Positions 7,399 through 13,673 of a stretch of 13,673 bases of DNA are shown one piece after another. Every line of letters begins with the position of its first letter. Positions within the stretch are counted from its first letter, which is position 1. The DNA comes from a virus. Taxonomy: Duplodnaviria; Heunggongvirae; Uroviricota; Caudoviricetes. The position numbers were made by a program, and so were the translations under genes. Location: IMG/VR virus record IMGVR_UViG_3300028048_000105; one strand, given 5' to 3'. The notes below the pieces were generated by a model. That model worked only from the letters and a program-made list of their open reading frames with translations, ran no database searches and was not told where the DNA came from.

Positions 7399-7618
7399 AA
7401 AATATGTGGTATAGCATATTTTGCCCAAAATAAGGCGAATAAACTGGTGTATACGGTGCCTTTTTTATTTTCGCCCTTATTGCGTCGTAAAATGATTATT
7501 TTGCGACGCAATATAAATATATAATACCACTATCCCATCCGGGTGTAAATGGGAAAATCAATGCTTCCCGCAGTGGTGTCATTTCCTGTAGCAAAAATAT
7601 GACAGGTGACGCCACTGC
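7399..7618. repeat. Cluster of five inverted repeats upstream of the recombinase
   Basis: AAAATATG-N8-CATATTTT (7399-7422); AATAAGGCGAA / TTCGCCCTTATT (7429-7481); ATTGCGTCGTAAAAT-GATT-ATTTTGCGACGCAAT (7479-7512, 14 of 15 Watson-Crick); TCCCAT / ATGGGA (about 7532-7554); GCAGTGGTGTCA / TGACGCCACTGC with inner CCTGT/ACAGG (7570-7618). Confidence 0.8.
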
Positions 7619-7638
7619 AAGAAACACAGCGGCTTACA

Positions 7639-8331
7639 TCATGGACTTCCCATGCCTCCCAGGTTTTCTTCCCCCTGTCTGGAAATCTTTAGGTACCGGA
7701 AATACGTTGCCTTACTGATCCCCATTTTTCCCATGATCTCTGACATTGGATGTCCCTCACCCAGAAGCTTATCAAACAATGCAAGGCGATCTCGCATTTC
7801 CCTGTTCATCTTTTTTCTTCCTGCTCCGCGAGCGTTATGCACCTGTCCGGAATTCTTCTGGCAAATACTTAATTTCTTCTGTAGTTCTTGGATCTTATTC
7901 TCCCGGTTCTCCAAAACCTCTTTAAGCTGTGCAATCTTTCCCTGTAACTTCAGTATATTTTTTTTCATCTGCATCCAGTCTTCTGCACCATGCTGATATT
8001 CCGTAATACCAACAAAATACTCTTCATTTGTCTTTTCTTCAATGAGACGTTTGTTGTCAATGTAAACCTGTCTGGTTTCCTCATCGAAGATTAGTCTCCG
8101 TGATTTTTCCCCAGCTAATGCCTTCTCATTAAAGGAATTAAGACTTGAAAACCACTTGATACGTTCCGTCATTTCAATAAAATCCGGGCTGTCATGAAAT
8201 AAAAGATCTTCCCTTTCTCTTATTTCCCTGTTTTCTTTGCTTATCGCCATAAGGAGTTCTTCGTATTGCTTAATCTGCTTTTCCTGCTGTTTAATAATTT
8301 CCTGCTTTTTGCGGAGCGTGTTTCCTGCCAT
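7639..8331 (-). CDS. Coiled-coil protein with a C-terminal resolvase-type helix-turn-helix (230 aa)
   Basis: Long K/E/Q-rich heptad segments, then HNARGAGRKK and HPMSEIMGKMGISKATYFRYLK, typical of the resolvase C-terminal HTH. No catalytic serine-recombinase domain. Confidence 0.75.
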   Translation of the reverse strand: MAGNTLRKKQEIIKQQEKQIKQYEELLMAISKENREIREREDLLFHDSPDFIEMTERIKWFSSLNSFNEKALAGEKSRRLIFDEETRQVYIDNKRLIEEKTNEEYFVGITEYQHGAEDWMQMKKNILKLQGKIAQLKEVLENRENKIQELQKKLSICQKNSGQVHNARGAGRKKMNREMRDRLALFDKLLGEGHPMSEIMGKMGISKATYFRYLKISRQGEENLGGMGSP

Positions 8332-8413
8332 AAGCCACTACCTTATCTTTAAAACAATGAGGGAACTGATACACTCCATCCCCTCATTCTCCCTGTTTTT
8401 CTTACATAAACCT

Positions 8414-8442
8414 ATTATACATATGCAATGTATTAGTTTCAA
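8414..8442 (-). promoter_or_regulatory. Sigma-A type promoter for the coiled-coil/HTH gene
   Basis: Minus strand TTGAAA-N17-TATAAT, with the -35 overlapping the HD gene stop. A leader hairpin AATGAGGG/CCCTCATT lies at 8356-8388. Confidence 0.75.
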
Positions 8443-9452
8443 TAATTATTTTTTGAGACTATCTGGCTGTTTTGTGCAAGTTCAAGGATTTTCTCGACAT
8501 CCGTCTCAAAAACGGCATCTTTTGGATATACATGGTCATTCCTGTCCGCAATCCGCAATTTGCACCACCTCTGTAAGAAGCCCTCCTCCGAGTTTTCCAT
8601 GACAGCTCTTACGTTTTCTTCTGATGCCAGCAGTTTCATCCCATGGTATCCGACCAGTTCCAGAATGATCCTCGTTTCTTCTGCAGAAAATTCAAAGCGG
8701 CAAAGGATCTTTTTTGCAATCTCCTCACTAGCTGTTGCATGTCCTCTAAAATGCCGATGCCCGGATGCATCTTCTGTGCATACCGATGGTTTACCAATAT
8801 CGTGTAGAAAGGCTGCCATTTTTGTGCAGAAATCATCCGTTTGACAGCCATCCACAACCGCAAGTGTATGTTCGTACACATCATGCTTGTGGTATATGCT
8901 TTTCTGATCAAATCCAATGCACGGTTTCATCTCCGGAAGAATCGCTGCAACTACATCGGAAAATTCCAGGAATGCACAGGAAATGCTTTTTCCACAGGTT
9001 AGCACTGTACGGAACCAGTCCGTGTTTGAATGTGTCTGCTCTTTTATTGTGGATACGAATGCCGGGTCTTTTGTTAACCTATGTATCATTTTGGTTACTT
9101 TATCCAGTCTCGGCATCTGCGGATTAAAAACAAGTGAAGTAATCGTGTCTCTGACCATTTTACAGGCATCCCTCACATTTAAGTCGCTGCCAAACTTGAA
9201 ATCGTTCTTACACAGCTCACTGTAGTTGATTTCCTTATCTTTCAGATGCTTCAGATATTGGCATCTTTTCATTTCCTCCGCTGTCTGTGGTATTTCCATA
9301 AGAATGTTTTCAATTTCATCAAGCAGGTTGATAATCTTCTGCGTGTGCATATCTGCTTCTTCCAACGCCTCATCGTCTTCCGGTAAGACTGCCATGCGGT
9401 ACACGGATGCTTTTATCTCTTTAATTTTCTCGTGTATTTCCATATTTTCCAT
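8439..9452 (-). CDS. HD-domain protein resembling the C-terminal HD region of CCA-adding enzymes, without a nucleotidyltransferase domain (337 aa)
   Basis: LPEMKPCIGFDQKSIYHKHDVYEHTLAVV ... AAFLHDIGKP ... HFRGHATASEEIA ... ADRNDH matches CCA-enzyme HD domains. No DxD polymerase motif is seen upstream. Start moved to ATG 9452 behind GAGGT. Confidence 0.85.
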   Translation of the reverse strand: MENMEIHEKIKEIKASVYRMAVLPEDDEALEEADMHTQKIINLLDEIENILMEIPQTAEEMKRCQYLKHLKDKEINYSELCKNDFKFGSDLNVRDACKMVRDTITSLVFNPQMPRLDKVTKMIHRLTKDPAFVSTIKEQTHSNTDWFRTVLTCGKSISCAFLEFSDVVAAILPEMKPCIGFDQKSIYHKHDVYEHTLAVVDGCQTDDFCTKMAAFLHDIGKPSVCTEDASGHRHFRGHATASEEIAKKILCRFEFSAEETRIILELVGYHGMKLLASEENVRAVMENSEEGFLQRWCKLRIADRNDHVYPKDAVFETDVEKILELAQNSQIVSKNNY

Positions 9453-9472
9453 TTGCAATTACCTCAGTGTAT

Positions 9473-10222
9473 TCAAATTTTGATTTCGATCTTGCTATTT
9501 TCATAAAATCCCAGTTTGATTTTTCCATTTTTTTCCACTTTGACATACGCATCACGCGGGTAACCTGTCGTCATCTTGACTGTCCTAACTGCAACAAAAT
9601 TTCTGAAAGATTCCGGGCACATCCGGCAGTCCTCTGCCTCAAGGTCAAACAAGGAACCGTTATTTTCAAACAGGGCAAGACACACCAGAAGCATTTCCCG
9701 AAGATCCTCTTTCTTAAGCGGTAAATACACCTTCTTCTTTTGCGTACGATTTCTTTTCTCAAACGTTAATCCACCATCTGGAATGATTGTATCTGTATAC
9801 TCAAGTAAGCGGCATACATAAGAAAAATACTCTCTGGCATTCTTAAATCCTTTCTGAAGAACTTCCTCTTCTGTTAGAGGAATGTAGCAGTAATTCCGGA
9901 TCGCACGCATTTTCCGGACATTCGTGCAGATATACGGAATGAAAATGTATCTGATATTGACGTATGCCGCCCATGCGACGACCGCGACTACCACATTCCC
10001 GATCAGAAGAAAACCGTAAACAGTAAAAATGTCTGGCAACGAATAGTTATCAAAATAATCCAGCCATCCCAATGCATTATGTTCCAAATACGACACCAGG
10101 AAAACCGCGGCAGCAATTACCACAAATATCAGAAGCACTTTTATCTTCCGGAACAAATCCGATTGTTCACTTAATTCTTTTAAAATCTTATGTTTCTTTG
10201 ATATTTTCTCAATTTTTCTCAT
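9473..10222 (-). CDS. Membrane protein with two N-terminal TM helices (249 aa)
   Basis: Hydrophobic VLLIFVVIAAAVFLVSYL and IFTVYGFLLIGNVVVAVVAWAAYV, followed by a soluble domain; AAGGAG RBS. Confidence 0.8.
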   Translation of the reverse strand: MRKIEKISKKHKILKELSEQSDLFRKIKVLLIFVVIAAAVFLVSYLEHNALGWLDYFDNYSLPDIFTVYGFLLIGNVVVAVVAWAAYVNIRYIFIPYICTNVRKMRAIRNYCYIPLTEEEVLQKGFKNAREYFSYVCRLLEYTDTIIPDGGLTFEKRNRTQKKKVYLPLKKEDLREMLLVCLALFENNGSLFDLEAEDCRMCPESFRNFVAVRTVKMTTGYPRDAYVKVEKNGKIKLGFYENSKIEIKI

Positions 10223-10239
10223 ATATTTTTCCTGCTCCT

Positions 10240-10872
10240 TTAAAATTTAAGTTTCTGCACTGATTCCCATACAAAACTGATGATATCCGGCTGCCAGCAC
10301 CCAAATGCATATACTATCAGGCAGACGATTGCCAGCCGAGATATCTTTACCACCGGCCAGTACCATGTCATCCGTCCCAGGAACGCTTTTCGTATCCACC
10401 GTCCCATATGGGTACCCTTCCGCAGATTACACCGTCTGCAGGCGGCACAGAGATTCTTTACATCATTTGATCCTTTAATTCCATGCAGTGCCGCCCGCCT
10501 TCTTACGGCAGCCGAAGTCTCCATTTCATGGATAGGAAAAATGTGATCCACAGTTATCTTCTCTTTTGGAAGTTTTCTGCCACAATAAACACAGCGGTAT
10601 ATTCCTGCCCTAGATGGATTCTCTCGAAAATACTCAGCCCGGTAACTGCGGCTCCTGGTATACTTCGTAGGTACCGCTTCCAGCACAAATCCCCGCCGTC
10701 GGCACCATCTTAGCATATGGTTCTTTTCCATTACAGAACATTCTTTTTTCTGATAAAAATCCCGGTTTTTCTGCCTTGGAACATGTTCGTAATCTTTCAA
10801 CCAGAAATACAGCCTCTTTTTATGTACTTTATTCCTGCCATTTCTTATCTTTAAGGTGTATGTTTCCGGCAT
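10240..10872 (-). CDS. HNH endonuclease with a C-terminal transmembrane helix (210 aa)
   Basis: YRCVYCG ... TVDHIFPI ... NDVKNLCAACRRCNLRKG is an HNH domain with two CxxC pairs. C-terminal LAIVCLIVYAFG is hydrophobic. Start moved to ATG 10872 behind AGGAG. Confidence 0.88.
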   Translation of the reverse strand: MPETYTLKIRNGRNKVHKKRLYFWLKDYEHVPRQKNRDFYQKKECSVMEKNHMLRWCRRRGFVLEAVPTKYTRSRSYRAEYFRENPSRAGIYRCVYCGRKLPKEKITVDHIFPIHEMETSAAVRRRAALHGIKGSNDVKNLCAACRRCNLRKGTHMGRWIRKAFLGRMTWYWPVVKISRLAIVCLIVYAFGCWQPDIISFVWESVQKLKF

Positions 10873-11024
10873 TGTTTCTCCTGCGCTTTCTTCTGTGTCC
10901 TTAAGTAGTACGGTTCCACATGGAACCACTTTGATGCATTCTTATCCGGATGTTTTTCCTGACGGAATAAACGGTCATGTATCTCGGTTTTTTGTGCGGT
11001 TTTCTCCTTGTTTGTCAGTTTCAT
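10851..11024 (-). CDS. Small basic hypothetical protein (57 aa, MKLTNKEK...)
   Basis: GGAGG 8 nt before ATG 11024, downstream of a promoter-like repeat; overlaps the HNH start by 22 nt. Confidence 0.55.
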   Translation of the reverse strand: MKLTNKEKTAQKTEIHDRLFRQEKHPDKNASKWFHVEPYYLRTQKKAQEKQCRKHTP

Positions 11025-11060
11025 CGGAAAATCCTCCAATCTTCTTTTTATTGTCATTAT

Positions 11061-11091
11061 ATATATTGTGCCTTTTTGTAAATCGTCAAAG
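11061..11091 (-). promoter_or_regulatory. 31-bp promoter-like repeat, copy 1
   Basis: Minus strand CTTTGACGATTTACAAAAAGGCACAATATAT, 28 of 31 bases identical to 13643-13673. Contains TTGACG, and TATAAT (11056-11061) overlaps its 3' end. Confidence 0.75.
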
Positions 11092-11118
11092 TAATTGGAG
11101 AAAAATTTAAAAAAATGC

Positions 11119-11153
11119 AAAAAAATCCTTGGCAGCTATTTAACTGCCAAGGA
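11119..11153 (-). terminator. Rho-independent terminator
   Basis: Perfect 10-bp stem TCCTTGGCAG / CTGCCAAGGA followed by 7 T on the minus strand. Confidence 0.9.
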
Positions 11154-11158
11154 AATTC

Positions 11159-11266
11159 TTATACGGAATACTGCAGTACCAGTTCTGCCACAAATGTGAC
11201 AATCATCGCCGCAACAACTACACTGGCAATTACCCTTGCCGCAACCTGTTTTCTCTTGTTTCTCAT
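11159..11266 (-). CDS. Small single-TM protein (35 aa), absent from the ORF track
   Basis: MRNKRKQVAARVIASVVVAAMIVTFVAELVLQYSV: basic N-terminus plus one hydrophobic helix; AGAAGG RBS; stop immediately before the terminator. Confidence 0.7.
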   Translation of the reverse strand: MRNKRKQVAARVIASVVVAAMIVTFVAELVLQYSV

Positions 11267-11284
11267 TATTTTTCCTTCTTTCCC

Positions 11285-11371
11285 TTAAATTCTCTCAAAC
11301 GAAGCGGTTTCGTCTTTTAACGTATCCGCGATCTTCGTATTATCCTGCATCTTTTCGGAAATCTTATCCAT
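11285..11371 (-). pseudogene. 28-codon ORF resembling the extreme C-terminus of a methyl-accepting chemotaxis protein; possible gene remnant
   Basis: MDKISEKMQDNTKIADTLKDETASFERI has a heptad pattern and a terminal L..E...F..I* reminiscent of clostridial MCP ends. No clear RBS. Confidence 0.35.
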
Positions 11372-11391
11372 GTCACCGACAATTATTCGAA

Positions 11392-12246
11392 CTATTTCGT
11401 TATATATGCATGGAAATCAATGATCTTAACATCTGACGGACAAAATCCGTAATTTAAAATTGCATAGCTTGGACGCGAATTTGCCGGAAGAACAATTTCT
11501 TCTGTTTCCCCGCAGGAATTAATCTTTCCATTCTCATCCAGATTTGCATAGCTGATTTTAACCGTGATTTTCTGATTTGTATTATTTGCGTAGTTAAATA
11601 ACGTCTGCTGCTGGTTAAACGAGTCAACTGCCGTATATACATCATTCTCTGACACGGACTGATACTTGGATTTTGTAACACTTACACTGTTTTTTGAGTA
11701 CGGCATACACGAATAAACGAAAAATGTGTACGATTCTCCAGGAGTTAAGGCCTTTTCTGTATATTTTCTTGATTCAAACAGTGTTGTTTTGTCTTTGTAA
11801 TCGCTGTGCGTATAAGTTACATCCACATCGTAGTCATTGGAGTTATATACCGTTACCCAGCTGTCAAGATTATCCTTGCGCTCTGTGTAGTAAATTCCGT
11901 TCTTACACTTAAGCGATCCGAGCTTAAAGTTATTCTTTGGCAGGTTATCAGGAATCACAAGAACCCGGTAATTCTTTCCACCAGCTTTAAATTTCACAAG
12001 CCCTTCCTGCTTACTCTTGAATTTGACACCCTTTGATGTTTTCGAAAAAGACACTTTTGTCCCGCTGCTGACAGTCGGCACAGTCTTTAGATCCGCAATC
12101 GTCTTTGTTTTCCCGCATATCGCACTGATATTTACTGTTTTTGTGGCAGCCTGCACTGTTACCGGCATACTCCCTGCCAGTCCAACCAACATTCCAGCAC
12201 AAAGTGCCGCACCCATGAATTTTCTGAATACTTTTGTTTTCTGCAT
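11392..12246 (-). CDS. Secreted or surface hypothetical protein (284 aa)
   Basis: Sec signal peptide (MQKTKVFRKF, hydrophobic core, VQA-A cleavage site); T/S/K/N/Y-rich mature region consistent with beta-sandwich domains; ends TAG. Confidence 0.85.
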   Translation of the reverse strand: MQKTKVFRKFMGAALCAGMLVGLAGSMPVTVQAATKTVNISAICGKTKTIADLKTVPTVSSGTKVSFSKTSKGVKFKSKQEGLVKFKAGGKNYRVLVIPDNLPKNNFKLGSLKCKNGIYYTERKDNLDSWVTVYNSNDYDVDVTYTHSDYKDKTTLFESRKYTEKALTPGESYTFFVYSCMPYSKNSVSVTKSKYQSVSENDVYTAVDSFNQQQTLFNYANNTNQKITVKISYANLDENGKINSCGETEEIVLPANSRPSYAILNYGFCPSDVKIIDFHAYITK

Positions 12247-12251
12247 CTTTC

Positions 12252-12491
12252 TTATTCCTTTCTTTTCTTAATTTGGCAAAATCCTTTCCCCGGAAAGAAT
12301 GTGTACCCTTTTTTTGCAAGAACAGGCAGCACATTGAGAAGTGTATCTTTTTCCCCTTTCATTGAGGAAATTTCTGCATCACTGCATTCCATTCCCTTAA
12401 GCTCTGCCCTGACACCCTCTTCGTCCGCCACAAGGACGAAGTTAAATTCATCCAGTGGAGGCCGCATGATTTTGTAATCTACAATCCGCAT
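12252..12491 (-). CDS. Hypothetical protein (79 aa)
   Basis: Packed between neighbours with 11-nt and 5-nt gaps; AGGA RBS. Confidence 0.7.
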   Translation of the reverse strand: MRIVDYKIMRPPLDEFNFVLVADEEGVRAELKGMECSDAEISSMKGEKDTLLNVLPVLAKKGYTFFPGKGFCQIKKRKE

Positions 12492-12502
12492 CGTTTTTAG
12501 TC

Positions 12503-13576
12503 CTATTCCTCAAGTCTCTTCTTTAATTCCAGATTTTCCTTCATCAGTCTGGATACTTCCGCCTTAAGGTCTGTGACTTCTTTTAATGCAGCATTTTTCT
12601 CCAAAAGTTTCTTATCCACAAACGTTTCCGGTGTATCAGGGTCTTTCTTAAACGAAGAAGCATAGGAATCCGAAATCTGCTGTGCATAAGCTTCTTCAAA
12701 TCCTGCTCCCTGCGCGGCATCCAGGACTTCCTCTGCAGTCAGTGGTTCATCGCTTTCTGTCGCTTCCCTTTCATCGACAAGCGCATTTAAGTTTTCATGA
12801 AATGAATAGATCTTTTCCTCTGCGTCCCGGACTTCTTCTAACACCTTTTCTACAATTGAGTCGAATTCCACTTTCTTCTCCGATTTAGAACGCCCACTTT
12901 CGCAGCACATAAGATCATCAATAAAACAATGGTCAATTTCCTTTGGCTTTTTGCTAAAGAAAAGGGCTTCATTCACGTCCGAACTTCTCTCATTAAAGGA
13001 AGGATACAAAAAACCGGCAACAGGTGTCTGTACCACCCAGTCACGGATACGAAGGTCTACCTTATCCTCTGTTTCATAATATCCAAGCCCTGGCTTTGAC
13101 ATTTTGACCGGGCAAATGGAACAAAGAATATAGGTGTATACCTCTTCGGAATCATCCAGTTCCATTTCATCCGATGCCTTTACCGGCACGTCGTAGGCAT
13201 CATAAAAGAGGATGATATAGTAGGGATCATCCGTGATATAGGATTCGATCACACGGTCATAGAACTGGTCTAACAGTTTTTCATCTCCCAGTTTGCTATC
13301 TTTAATACCAAGCAGAAGATCTATCATCTCCTCCTGGTCGGAACGGCCGTTGTGCATGTCAATGTTTAAGAGCGCATCCCCGACTTTCCCAGAGAGCGTC
13401 TTTTTAGCGATATCCAGATACTTAAACATGACATCTTCATCAAGGTTTAAGAACTGCATATTCATGGCTGCCTGCTTATTTTTGTTCACATCCACATAGA
13501 TTCCGCAGACACGCGGGAATGTGCAGGAATCTTTTGTAAAACGTTTCTTTAATTCTGTTACTTCCTTCTGGTTCAT
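12503..13576 (-). CDS. DUF4317 family protein (357 aa)
   Basis: MNQKEVTELKKRFT...RVCGIYVDVNKNK, KYLDIAKKTLSG, YDAYDVP, YILCSICPV and GFLYPSFNERSSDVNEALFF match recalled DUF4317 motifs; GAGG RBS; ends TAG. Confidence 0.85.
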   Translation of the reverse strand: MNQKEVTELKKRFTKDSCTFPRVCGIYVDVNKNKQAAMNMQFLNLDEDVMFKYLDIAKKTLSGKVGDALLNIDMHNGRSDQEEMIDLLLGIKDSKLGDEKLLDQFYDRVIESYITDDPYYIILFYDAYDVPVKASDEMELDDSEEVYTYILCSICPVKMSKPGLGYYETEDKVDLRIRDWVVQTPVAGFLYPSFNERSSDVNEALFFSKKPKEIDHCFIDDLMCCESGRSKSEKKVEFDSIVEKVLEEVRDAEEKIYSFHENLNALVDEREATESDEPLTAEEVLDAAQGAGFEEAYAQQISDSYASSFKKDPDTPETFVDKKLLEKNAALKEVTDLKAEVSRLMKENLELKKRLEE

Positions 13577-13642
13577 AAAACAATCCTCTCTTTCTCCAAT
13601 ACTGGAATCTAATTTTTAAGAAGCATAAACCGCTTCCATGTG

Positions 13643-13673
13643 ATATATTGCGCCATTTTGTAATTCGTCAAAG
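13643..13673 (-). promoter_or_regulatory. 31-bp promoter-like repeat, copy 2 (reaches the window edge)
   Basis: Minus strand CTTTGACGAATTACAAAATGGCGCAATATAT, 28 of 31 bases identical to 11061-11091, upstream of DUF4317. Confidence 0.75.

Noticed and set aside
8402-8428. dif-like site on the minus strand (TGCATATGTATAA-TAGGT-TTATGTAAG)
   Set aside because: The spacer between TAA and TTA is 5 nt rather than 6, and the sequence is explained by the TATAAT promoter element.
939-13499. The many short overlapping or antisense ORFs in the ORF track (e.g. 939-1301, 1455-1868, 6383-6856, 7652-7996, 8765-9127)
   Set aside because: They are shadows of longer RBS-led genes, with no RBS or recognisable motifs.
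205-13576. Genome-wide TAG-to-Gln recoding
   Set aside because: Several 300-470-codon genes with many Gln codons contain no internal TAG; only one gene is interrupted.
1-13673. tRNA (including an amber suppressor), rRNA, reverse transcriptase or DGR template repeat
   Set aside because: No cloverleaf/T-loop signature, rRNA-like sequence, YxDD RT motif or second copy of the VR was seen by eye; this does not exclude them outside the window.

Overview
This window of moderately AT-rich DNA looks like accessory DNA from a Lachnospiraceae/Clostridia-type organism, probably part of a large mobile or extrachromosomal replicon. That assignment is inferred from strong GGAG(G) RBSs, DUF4317, a clostridial-type Xer recombinase and radC. 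Genes at 223-6218 are all on + and genes at 6275-13576 are all on -, converging on a terminator next to a XerC-like tyrosine recombinase. The + half is built from repeated units: intrinsic terminator, then a conserved 23-bp site TTTCATATT-N4-RTGTAAACAW, then GGAG 37-39 nt after the site start, then one to three mostly hypothetical genes. There are 4 clear copies of the site, and its right half resembles the Firmicute dif XerD arm. One unit (3788-4870) is a 361-codon frame interrupted only by two in-frame TAG codons. Another (991-2412) has a C-terminal segment with the signature of a DGR variable region. The - half carries the recombinase behind a cluster of inverted repeats, a coiled-coil/HTH protein, a putative small protein-HNH/TM-membrane protein-HD operon, two small ORFs missed by the ORF track, a secreted protein and DUF4317. 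Two - strand units share a 31-bp promoter-like repeat. Product calls come from motif recognition only; no database searches were run.
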